Assembly (NCBI GenBank): GCA_020891255.1 | Contig: BQFW01000002.1 | Location: forward strand, 992,001-1,056,000 | Reading direction: 5' to 3' | Length of the DNA stretch: 64,000 nucleotides | DNA from: Entomortierella parvispora E1425 | Lineage: Eukaryota > Fungi > Mortierellomycota | Part shown: positions 12,412 through 25,361 of the stretch, in pieces | How the letters are laid out: the number at the start of each line of letters is the position of its first letter | Position numbering within the stretch: position 1 is the first letter of the stretch | Notes under the pieces: model-generated | Databases searched by the model: none | What the model was told of the DNA's origin: nothing | The model's input: only the letters and a program-made list of their open reading frames with translations | Program-made: the position numbers and the translations under genes

Positions 12412-15400
12412 ATGATGACCACGACCGTCGACCTGCAATCCTTGGAGCAGCTTTGCGAGACTCTTTACAACCCACCATCCTCGGATAGCCGAATCCATGC
12501 CGAGTCTGTCCTCAACTTCCACTTTCCGGTCTTTAGCAGTCTTGAAGGCGCATCTGGAAGCGATCAGGACGGATCCAATGGTGGTCTCGACGGAAAGTTG
12601 CAGTCTCACAACCCCAATATCAGCTCTCCAATCGGCTCCGCCCTTCTTTGTCGAGATTTGCTTGAAAGCTCAAAAAACCCCTATGCCTTGATGTACGTGG
12701 ATCTTGTGGGTTGTGTTCGATCTGCGAACTCTTGCCGATCTGCATTGTTGACAACATCCAAAGGAAGAGCTGGGAAATGAAACTCTATACTGTTATACTG
12801 TGTTGACCTTGTCCTGGTACTTCCTGAATAGGTTTGCTACGTCTCGTTTGAAGGCACTCGTGGATGACCACTTCAACACCTTTTCCCTGCCAGAGCAGAG
12901 TGGTCTCCGTGAGTACCAACTCCGTACTTTATGAGTCTGATGAACTTGGAGAGCAGGGACTAACCCATCATATCCCACAACTCGCTCATTAGGATCTTTT
13001 GTCCTTCAACATATATACCAACACCCAGACTCGCCGCAGTTCATCCTTGCCTCTCAGGCACAGCTTTTTGGCGTTATTACGAAACTTGGATGGATCGGAA
13101 ATGCAGAATTCCGGCCCTTGCTGGATCACGTCCAAGTGTTCTTTCAGGTACACCTAAAACAACACCTTGGACTCTGGATTTGCGGTGGCTTTACATGAAG
13201 ACTCATAAATGATCTCTTCCTTGTCTTTAGCATGGACTTAATCATCGGATCCTAGGAATTCAACTTCTTAGTGCTGTTGCTTTAGAAATGAACTTTACAG
13301 GGACCAAAAACGCGGCCACCCATCGCAAGGCAGCAGTAGGATTCAGAGATGGACAGTTACTGCCTATTTTCAAAAACGCCTTGAGCATGCTCCAGACCGC
13401 ACTTCAAATGCAGCAGTCAGGTATGTGGACACAAGATACTGTGTTTATGTTTGCAAGCGGCATCGCTACTCTATACTAACCATGTGGCAACAATGCTCAG
13501 ACAATGAAACCAGCAAATTGAACATCGCCATCCTGTCGCTCATCAAGACGTGTCTCTCATTTGACTTTATTGGAACATCGTACGAGGAGACATCAGACGA
13601 TGTGGGGAGCATTCAAGTTCCTGCCTTATGGAGATCTGTATTCGAGGAGCCAGGGTATCTGGATCTACTTTGGGGCTGCTGGAAGTCGTTCTCCAGTCCA
13701 GCATCTGTGGTGGCCATGGAGTGCCTTTCTCAGGCAGCCTCAATCCGCCGATCCCTCTTTTCCACTGATGCAGATCGCCACACGTACATCTACCACATCA
13801 TGAGGGAGACTATTTGGACACTGACGACAGCTGCAGGACAAAATAAGTTACAGGATCTTGGGAACTTTCACGAGTTTTGTCGAATGCTCTCTCGTTTCAA
13901 AAGTACCTATCAGTTGGCCGAAGTCTGCGATTACAAGGAGTCTGATCAATGGCTGGCTGCAGTCAGCGAGTTTACAGCTCGGGGGTTCCATGCGTGGAAG
14001 GTAGGATGCTTTCAAGCCTTTATGTTCAAGGGTCATCGAGGATGATATTCTTATCGGTAATTAACACGCGTATGTATCCAATGTGTTGTAGTGGTCGCCA
14101 AACAGTGTTCAGTACTTACTGATGTTCTGGAATAAGACCGTGTCGTCGTTGATGTCTGCCAAGCAAGAAACAGAGATGTTTATTGGAGCGTTGACGGTTG
14201 ACCTGACTCGAGCCTACCTCAAGTCTCGGCTGGACTGTGTCCACGCTGTGATGGACGGTGAAGTGGATGGTAATTGATTGTTATAGCCACGAGCGAAAGA
14301 GTTCCCTAATTGTAAGCCGAAAGCTTATTCCTGTATTCCACCCGTGAATTGATAGATCCATTAGAATCCGAGGAGACTCTGCTGATTTCACTGGAGGCTT
14401 TTGCCAATATTGCTCGCACGAAATACGTGGAATCTGGACAATTGATTCTGACAGAGGTTAGAACACTTTCTCAAAAATACCAAGAACTGATTCAAAGGGC
14501 GTCAAGTTTGGCAGGATCCTCGTCTGCCCCTATCGGATCGAGTGACTTGAAAGAACAGCTTATGGTTGTCGAGATGCAGCTGACATGGATGGTGTACATC
14601 ATTGGCGCTTGCATTGGGGGACGAGTGGTACGTGTATTATTCTCGTTGTTTTTTTTTACAATTTTTTTCTTTCAGAAATTGTTCTTTAAAGACAAGGCGA
14701 GTTCTTGATTACTAATCTTTGTCAACCTTTTTCTGTTAGCTCTATCAAAGTACAGCGGAGCAGGATCAGATGGATGGTACTCTGGCCTGCGAGGTATTGG
14801 GTTTTATTCATCAGTTACAGGTCTGGACAGCGCGCCGATCCCTCTACTTGGCCTCTCCGGACGCACATCTTCACGTTCAATCCTCAATCATTTACTTTTA
14901 TTCCCGATTCCGCGAGTCCTACATTGGCGAGGATGCAGCGAAAGCGGTCAAAGTCTATACTCAATTGGGCGATCGGTGGGGACTCCAAACTCCGAAGGAC
15001 GTTCTGGACGTGATTGTGAGCTCTTCGCTAAGCAATTTACAAACTAGCAATGACCCTGCTTGGAAATCTCAGGAGGACCAGCTAGTCGTTAGAACTTTGC
15101 GTCTGTACACGAACCTATCCTCAGGGTATGACGAATGATGCGTTTGTGAGAAAAAGCAAATGGCGGCCTCCCATAATGTAGAACCCACTAACAGGTATAT
15201 TTCCTTACAAAAAAAAAATAGATATAGCTCGGTCAAATACATGCGAAAGCTGAAGTCTATGCAAGACCTGTTGAGGAACCATAACTCGGATGACTTCAAA
15301 TTCTTGGATCCCAGTCGGCGAAGCTCTGATACCGTTGTCTCACGTTCAAGAACTGTCTACTACACCATGTTATCTCGAATCCTATTTGCTGATGACAATG

Positions 15401-17192
15401 TGGATGCAGATTTTTGGAGGTTTATCAGGCCATGGGAAGTGATCTTGAACCAGGTCATGCTCGCCTTTGAAGGAAAAGGGGGCCTCGGAGAGGCTCAAAT
15501 CAGGGTAAGTCATTCATTCTTAGGTATCAGCACTCTCTCGCAAGCAATCATTCTCATACCTCTTACTTTGCTTTTGGATCTGACTTAGATGATACTGCTG
15601 GGCATGTTCAAGGATCTGCGAGGGTTTGTGACAAGTATTACCAACCGGAGACAGTTTACTCTCTTTTTCGAGTGGTTTTATCCTACCTACACGCCCATTG
15701 TTCTTAGAGCAATTGAACTTTGGCCACAGGATGAACTAGGAATCGCCACGCTTCGTTTCTGGCACGAGTTTGCCACAAACAAGAGTAACAGGGTCACGTT
15801 TGATAGCAGCAGTGCCAATGGAATTCTTCTCTTCCGAGAAACTAGGTACAATATCTCGTCTACTGACCATGATGATTGTACTGAATCATTGTAAAAAATT
15901 GGGATTGCTGACGTTCTATTCTTGTTCTCATCTTTTGTAAATAGTAATATCCTTTATACCTATGGGCGCGACCTGTTGAATAGACCCATTTCAAGCGAGA
16001 GCTCCAAGTGGCGCGAAAAGTAAGGGTGAACAAATGATGGTTACCACTGAATGCTTTGACACGAAGCTGATGCATTTTGCCTGAAATGTAGGTACAAGGG
16101 AATCATGCTTTACTTCAATATCATGTCGGTATCTCTGTCTGGCAAGTATACCAATTTTGGGGTGTTCAAGCTCTATGGCGACAAGGCCCTGGATCGCGTT
16201 CTAGAGATCTTTTTCCAGCTGATGCTCGCTATTCCTGTCGCAGATATGATTGTAAGTCGTGGAACAGCATGATGTACAAACCGACCCACTGCCATTGAAC
16301 TCTAACACCCCTTGTACTATTTGTATAGGCGTTCTCCAAACTCTCGGTTGCATACTACACTGTATTGGATGTATTTGCGGCGGAGCACATGATGGGGCTG
16401 CCTATGATCCCTCACTCAGTGTTGGAGTACATGTTCCGGTCTTTGGGTGAGGTGGTACCTGCTCACGTTCAAGACGCGTCCTGCTCCACGTTAGCCTGTT
16501 CTGCCATCGACAAGATCTGTACTTTTGTGCTGAACTGGTTGATCAAGAACAAGATCCGGCAAGACGGCAACGGGGAGGGTCAAGATGCGGTGGAAATGAT
16601 TGACAGCGACATTACAGGATCCGGTGGCATTGCGGGAGGTGGCGAGGCCAGTTTCAATGGTGTCCCATCCCTTGGACCGATCTCGCTCTTGAAACTTCAG
16701 CAGCAGCATGGCAGCTCCTTGCACTGGCTTGTAGAGTATGTGTTGTCGAACAAGGCGCTGATGAGCCACCTCTTTGTAGTACTCTTCCAGGTCTTTGCGT
16801 TTGAAAACAGAAACAACCATTGGAGCTTGAGCCGACCCTTACTGGGCCTCATTCTCTTGAACAGAGAGTTCTATGAGGAATACTCGCAAAACTTTGTGCA
16901 GAACCAGCTGCCGGATCGTCGAGATCATGTTCAGGTTGCCGTCGCTGGGGTAAGAAAAATGTCGCGTTCGTCATTCTGATACTTTGTTCAAGGTAGAAAG
17001 GTCCAAAAAGAATTAGCCTTATTCATCGTTTTATTTTTATGTTCTCCTTACTAGCTGATGGAGGGTGTCGAAGACAATCTGACGATGCAGAACAGGGACC
17101 GTTTCACCACGAACGCTACAGCGTTCCGGCGTGAGTGCTCCCAACTGACACTTATGGCCGTTCCACTTGGGGATCGAAACGAGATGCAGTAA
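12412..17192 (+). CDS. XPO7: Exportin-7 / RanBP16-17 family karyopherin-beta (about 14 exons)
   Basis: N-terminal DLQSLEQLCETLYNP; family-like motifs HRKAAVGFRD, NFHEFCRMLSRFKSTYQLAEV, WSPNSVQYLLMFW, FKDLRG, NKSNRVTFDSSSANGILLFRET, YTNFGVFKLYGD, NHWSLSRPLLGLIL and DNLTMQNRDRFTTN; GT-AG introns throughout. Confidence 0.92.
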
Positions 17193-17463
17193 CACGATAA
17201 ACTTTGAACCAATAAAAACTGTTTTTCTTTCACCTCATCATTGATCAGCAGTGAAGCATTCTCACTCGTCGACAGCAGAAGATGAAAGGAATCGTCAAGC
17301 AAAGTACAGAAGTGCAAAACATTAGGTCGTTCTCATCGTTGGTCGTGAAGGGAGTTTTTTTTTTTTTTATTTTTTTATTTTTTTATGTGCGTGTGTCTGC
17401 TGCGGCTATGGATATGGGGCGCAGCAGAAGGTTGGCCTGGCGGTGGCTGAAAGAGGCATCCCC

Positions 17464-18708
<1,245 letters not shown>

Positions 18709-18763
18709 TCAACTCGAACTCGCTGAACTCACTCTCTCACTCTCCCACTCAAAAAAGGGAATC

Positions 18764-18788
18764 AGAATGAACTCGAAGGACCTGGAAT
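18764..18788. promoter_or_regulatory. Putative step-type heat shock element
   Basis: aGAAt-N5-cGAAg-N5-gGAAt with GAA at 18765, 18775 and 18785 (exact 10-bp spacing), upstream of a polyubiquitin gene, a classic HSF target. Confidence 0.45.
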
Positions 18789-20303
18789 CGCACACTGAGT
18801 AAGCACCCACTGACTGAATCAACTGAATCGGATCTGACTGGTCAGGTCCTGCCTGCTCCCCGGTCCACTTGTCATGTGGCCCCAACCTTGATTTTGTGAC
18901 CAGTGCGCTCTTTTCCTGTCTGCCCTTCTCCCTGTTTGCCCCTCATTTTGCCCCTGGGTGGGTCGATCGATGGATATTTGATTTGCATTCTTGTTTCTGG
19001 ACGTCTGTCTCTCTTGTCCCCTCCCTCCCTCCCTCCTGGCTGCATGTGTGTGTGCGTGTGTGTGTGTGTTTGTGGTGGATGTCTCTCTGGGTGGGGTGCA
19101 GGTCGGCATCGGGAGTCAGAGGCGGGAAAGGGGCTTGCTTTGCATTTACTGTACTCCCTTTCCTGAACGCCATCTTTTTTTTTGATCCACTCAGGGACCT
19201 CGCCTTCACTCGCCTTGCCACGCTGCACCGCGCCACGGACGGACGGCTAAAGGTCAGTCTCGATTCTCCCTATCAACCGGTGTATTTTTTGTTGGTTGCA
19301 CAGAAGGGAAAAAAGGACTTGCAAACAAAGCTTGGACAGGAGAAAAAAGAAGCATCATCCGAAGCAAAGAGTGATGTCAACGAAGTGAGCCCTTTAGGTT
19401 GAACGCGAAAAAAAAAGAAAAAAAAAAAAAGCTGGACTTTTTTTGTCCCTTGACTTGTTGAGCAAGAGTGCTGCAGTGCAGTGCAGGTATGCTGCTGTGG
19501 ACGAACTGCCGCCACAGGGCAAGGACCACGTCCCTGACAACTTTGCCACAGGGAGAACAAAGGCATTTGTCACAGCCGCTGTCAAAGAATTGTGGCGCGA
19601 AAATTGGACTTCGCCAGATAGCTGTCTCCCCCCTTGGTTTATAGGACATGGCGAAGAGAGATGAAGCGAGACACGTCCCACTCTTTGATTCAAGTTGATC
19701 CTCTCTTCCAGTCTTTTGGAGGCATTGTCAGAAAACTCAAGACGCTCATACGATAATGTCTTTCTAGCGTGGTCAAACCAGGCACGCCTCGTCGCTGAAT
19801 TGGTTGCAATTGATAGGCGCACACGGGAATAAGCTTGTCGTGGCAGGAACGATGTTTCTCACGCCTGGAGAGCTTCTGGCCCAGTGGTCTACAGATGTGA
19901 CTATGTGCTATCAAGAGAGTGTGGTTCCCGGCAAAAAGAAACTCGCCAGGATGAAGCCATGGTTTCTGAAGAAGGGTTGGTAACATCCTGATAAAAATAG
20001 AATGTCAATCCTCTCTCCTCCTGGACCATCGTTTTCCCCTGGACTGCTGGTCAGCCAGTCCGCTCCAATCCTCCATATTTTTTTTAAATGCGCTCTGGCT
20101 GAGCATCAGCCCAATCCGTGGCGTCCGTTGGGGGACCCAGCGCGTGCAGACAGACAGACAGACCGACTGGCGCAGAGCGTCAGCATGGACCGAGGATTGG
20201 ACGGGACAGGATGCGCATATTTATTTCAACAGTACTTCCTCGGACTCTTCTTCTCTTTCCCACACTCATTTCTTTTCATTCATACTCTCATCCTTCATTC
20301 ATC

Positions 20304-21959
20304 ATGCTCAAGAACTCTACCTGGAGTAAGAATGTGCTTGATGGACATTCCTTTTCATCCTCCAGTGCAAGCAACATTTGTCTGACCTGTTACATTGCCA
20401 ATCGCCCTTTTTTCTCCTGCTCGTTTGTCTATAGAACTCGAGGAGACCAACCTGGCTCTATTCGGCAGTGAGCTTGAAAAGGCGCACCGCAAGGAGGAAG
20501 GCGCGCTCGAGAAAGCCTGGGGCAAGGAAACTGGCGTTGGATCCCAGACTGGACTCTGGGTCTGGCGTATTGAGCAGTTCCAGGTCGTGGCTGTTCCCAA
20601 GAAGGATTACGGTACCTTCTACAATGGCGACAGTTACATTATCTTGAACGTAAGGTGTTTAGGGGTATAGACAGGGGCCGTGGAAGTGGGGACGAATTAT
20701 CAGGGGCATGAGGAGAATGATGGCCAATTGGCTCCCCAACCAAGAAAAACGTTAACCTCTTGAATGGTTTCACTGTTCGTAGACCTACCAAAAGAAGGAC
20801 TCAGAAGTGCTTCTGCACGACATTCACTTCTGGCTCGGTGAGGAGACCACCCAGGACGAGGCCGGCACTGCTGCCTACAAGACCGTTGAGCTTGATGATT
20901 GTATGGACAAGACGAATCAATATATAACGAATGGCTGGAAAGGGAGACTGGAGAGTGAGGAGTGCTTACTAACATCCAACCCCACATTCTTTAATAGACC
21001 TGGACGGTAGACCCATTCAGCATCGCGAAGTCCAGGGCCACGAGTCTAAGCAGCTTTTGTCGTACTTCAAGACTTTTGCAACCCCAGTTGGAGGCGTCAA
21101 GTCTGGATTCCACCACTGGTCAGCTCCCGAGTACGTTGCACGCTTTTTGATGGTCAAGTCTGCCGCCATTGCTGGAGGCCACAAGTCCTCAGTCGTTGTG
21201 CGCGAGGTGCCAACGTCCATGATCAACAGCGGAGACGTCTTTATTCTCGACACTGGCAAGGTTCTTTACCAGTGGAACGGAAAGGAAAGCTCGGGTATTG
21301 AGAAGGTCAAGGCTGCTGAGTACGCCCACGGCATCGAGGCCGATCGTGCTGGAGCTGTCAATGTCGAGACCTTTGGTGAGTGGCTATGTCCTTTTTCGTG
21401 GATGTCGTGTTGCTATTCTCGATCGCTTCTAACATATCAGTCGTAACATCTTGTTTTAATGCTTCAGATGAAGGTGACCGTGATTCCCACGTCTTCTGGG
21501 CTGCTCTCGGTGGTGAAGTGGAGGTCAAGCCTGCCTCAGCTGTCACCACTGAACCTGAATACGTCAAGAAGCTGTTCCGGTAAGAATGACGCTGTTTTTA
21601 TTCTCAGAAAGAAAAAAAAAAAGAGACCCAGAGTTTATGATAGAAAAAAACTAACGAGTGAATTCTTTGCAAGTCTTAGATTGAGCGACGCTAAGGGTCA
21701 GCTTCAGTTCACCAAGGAGGGATCTGGACCAGAGGTGACCAACGCTCTTTTGGACTCGAACGACGTCTTTATTTTGGATGTCCAGCACGAGATCTTTGTC
21801 TGGGTTGGCTCTGGCGCCAATGCCCAGGAGCACAAGAACGGATTGCACTACGCCCAAGAGTACCTCAAGCGTGAGGGTCTTCCTAGCCATACCCCTATCT
21901 CCAAAGTCTTTGAGGATGGAGACCATACTATGTTCGACAATGCCTTGAACCGCTTTTAA
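20304..21959 (+). CDS. Gelsolin/severin-like actin-binding protein (three gelsolin repeats, 6 exons)
   Basis: [13 protein letters not shown]...[13 protein letters not shown]; [27 protein letters not shown]; [10 protein letters not shown]; [10 protein letters not shown]; [11 protein letters not shown]. First exon ATG 20304 (MLKNSTW) splices to 20435. Confidence 0.93.
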
Positions 21960-22304
21960 AACATCCGATGTTTAAAAAAAAAGTCGTCTTCATTCGTGGC
22001 AATCCCTGTCGAGTTGTAAATATCGAAAACCAATAAGAAAGGGCCAGCAGGAAACTGCATTGAATACTCATCCATACACATGTAGCTTTCAATGGTGGGT
22101 CTTGGAAGGAGAGAAAAGAGGCGACAGCAAAGAGATACGTAATTTGCACATGCCGCGTCTGCCCGCGTTGGGCACGCGAGACGAGACGGCCGGGAAATTT
22201 TCGCCATCCAGTCAAAAGTGACACATTTTTTTTTTTTTTTTTCTTTCTCTCTTTTTCCGCTTCCTCATTTCCCTCCATTCCATCTTCACCATCGTACATT
22301 CCCA

Positions 22305-22828
22305 ATGGCTTCTCAACAGACCCTTGTCCAAGAGTGGTTTACATCACCTACTCAGAAATTTGCCGTCGTGGGTGCATCCTCCAACCGCACAAAGTTTGGC
22401 AACAAGGTGTTGCGATGGTAGAGTCTGCAAGCCAACCGAACTCTTTTCTTTTTTTTTCCTTTTTTTTTTTTTTTGAAAATACATCTAATCTTTTCTGCTT
22501 CGATCAACTCAGGTACATTGAGAATGGCTACACAGCTGTCCCTGTGAACCCAAAGGAACCAACAATCGAGTCCCTAAGCTGCGTTCAAAATTTGTCCTCA
22601 CTCCCAGGCAACGCCTCTGAATACAACGTCTCCATCATCACACCCCCTTCCATCACCAAATCTGTTCTCGAAGAGGCACACAAAAACGGCATCCGACGTG
22701 TTTGGCTGCAGCCTCAGGTTGACTCGCCTGAAGCCCTTGCCTATGCCAAAGAAGTCGGACTTGAGATCATCGCAAGCGGCCCTTGTGTCTTGGTCGATGG
22801 CATCCCCAACAGGAAAGCCAAGCTGTAG
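22305..22828 (+). CDS. CoA-binding Rossmann-fold protein (YccU-like); one intron 22419-22511
   Basis: FAVVGASSNRTKFGNKVLRW|YIENGYTAVPVNPKE...VSIITPPSIT...GIRRVWLQP...GPCVLV. Confidence 0.88.
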
Positions 22829-22900
22829 AATCCATTTGAAAAAAAAAAAATTGCAAAGAAAAAAAAATAGTAATATAGATGAAACGTTTATTCATGGCTT

Positions 22901-24930
22901 TCAAGCAACGGGGACATCAATCTCCCCATTGACAATCTTGAGAAGCTTGGTAAGGATGCCGTCGGCATCACGCAGACCAGAGTGCATGTATTCATTGGTC
23001 ACCCACAGCTGCATTCCTTGGATACCAGCGGCAGTCTTCTCGGAACACTCGCGGCTGACATACATATCATCATAGTACACGGCGGCTGCGACAGGGACCT
23101 TGTTCTTGGCGAGGACTTCCTCGTTATACAACTTGGGCCAGGTGGTGCACTTGGCCAAGATATCGGCGCACTCTTTCAAAGGACGAAGCGAGGCATAGTC
23201 ATCCAACATCCAGTCGTACATGTGTTCGCCTATTAAAAAAAAGGGAGGATATCAGTCCAGTACCAGTGCCAGGAAAAAAATATATATCCGCTCTATAGCA
23301 ATGCTTACCAGTAAAGTAGACGATCCTGCTTGCATCATCCTCGTAGTTTTCAAATGCGTCCACGGAGTATTCAAAGAAAGGCTTGAACTCGCCGCTCAAG
23401 AGCTTGGAAGCCGTCCAGTTAGAAGCATAGCCAGGACCATCGCAATAGATTGATTCGTGCAAGACCGCATAAATAGGTGGGATTTGGTCCTGCGAGGCCA
23501 TCTCGGCCAAAAACAGGCTCGACATCTCCTCCTTGCCATCAATGTTCACAAAAGCCTGGAGACAGAGAGAGTGAACTCGATCCATTCCTCCCGAGACACC
23601 AAAGTTGAGACCCAACTGCTGGAATTTACGAGGAGTCAGGATGCCTCCAGATGGGAGCTGAACCCTGTGGGTTGCAAGATGCTTCATGATCTTCTTGACG
23701 CGCTTAATGTCCATTGGGAAGCGCTTATAATAACGCTCTGTGTGCCCCATGACGCTTTTATAAGAACGACGGTACACGGTTTCCAGAGAGTCCTTCATTG
23801 GTGGGATACCTCCAGTGAGATAGGCTGCAGTAAGCGATTCTGGGCTGAATTTGTACAAAGTGCGTCGCATGTCAGTTATAGTCTACGATAAGTCATACAA
23901 TTTCGTCCGAGCAACATTCGCTTACAACATGGAAAGATAGGTCGTAATACAGAATCCTCCGTAGCTTTGGCCAAGCAGACTCCATTTCTTCTCTGAGCAA
24001 TTGGCTATTTTGAAAGGTAAGGGGCCAGGGTTAGACATTAGATTGGATCCGATAGTAGTTGCCGATAACCCTTCTCCATGGACCATTTGTCGTACCAAGC
24101 AATGTATCACGGATCAGCTCCGAGTCCCGAACGATCGAGTCTGCTCTGAACTGCATAAAGTATTCAGCCTGCTCCTGAGGGGTCTTGAAGCGTGAAAGCG
24201 ACTGAACAGTGATTGCAGTCGAAAGACCAGTTCCGCGCTGATCCAGCAGGAGCACGTTGTACTTTTTCGCAGCAACCTTGACCCAGCCACTAGTATTTTA
24301 AAAGTTAGTCTCTTCAGATGTCTTTCTCTTCTTTTCTTCTCTCAATTGCCACCCACAGGAACAGGAACATCAGGGATGACTTACGAATTGTAGGCGGGTC
24401 CTTGGAATCCAGGGCCTCCCTGGAAAAAGATGAGCCAGGGCATCTTGTCGGCATCTCCTTGTCTCTCGATAGCGACGACCTTTTTTCAATCAAGTAAAAA
24501 AAACGCCGTCGTAGTTAGCTGACTAAAGAAAAGATAAAAAGAGCCATATTGTCGTACAGGGAGCTGAGGCAGATGGCGATAAGCTTACTCTGCGGGCAAA
24601 GACAACGATAGTCTCCTTGCATGAGCTATCCGTGTGTTTCAAGGGAAGATCAAAGTAGTAGTCCTGAGTCTTGAGTCCATTGGAGACGAAGGATTCTACG
24701 GGTCCTGGGCGAAGGTATCCGGACCCAGTCTTGAGGTCAGTTGAGTTGGTCATGGCAGGGCTATGAATGGGAGATTGGACTTGAGACGACGCTGGCGACG
24801 AGGATGTAGACGTAGACATGCGACTTGAGATCAGCAAGGTGCGAATTGGGGCGCGGAGGGGGGTGCGGAGTCGAGTTGCGGCGGGAACAAGAAGAAGCTG
24901 ACGACTGAAAAGAAGACACTGGGTCGTCAT
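22901..24930 (-). CDS. pip: Proline iminopeptidase / prolyl aminopeptidase (alpha/beta hydrolase, S33), multi-exon
   Basis: WLIFFQGGPGF, LLLDQRGTGLS, nucleophile elbow WSLLGQSYGGFC, AYLTGGIPP, AAVYYDDMYV (Asp), NEYMHSGLR (His). Confidence 0.9.
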
Positions 24931-25361
24931 GGCTGGGAGGGTCGTGTCCGTGGGAAGAAGAACGACAAAAGAGGAAGGGATGCACTCGCGCCTTTTTTAA
25001 TTTCTAATTTTTAGTTTAGTCGGACCAGTCTTCGTGCCAGCGCGATATCTGGAATAAACTATCCATTTTTTTATTCAAAGTCAGCGATGATTCGACCAAT
25101 GTCACGTCGCAATCAACTCTTTTCTGGTCCTGGGACTTGGACGGGCTAGCTTGGTTGGTCTCTTGCATGCATTCTTCTTTTTCTCGTTCCTTTCCTTTCT
25201 TCTTCTTCTTCTTCTCTCATTCATTTCCTTTCTTCTTCTTCGTCTTCTTCTCTCCTCCTTCATTCCGTTTCACTCACCTTCAGACTCGTCCACTCCCCAC
25301 TCACATTCCTTCGCATTCCTCGCCAAGAAACTTTTCTTGACTGCAGAAAGACGAACCCCTG

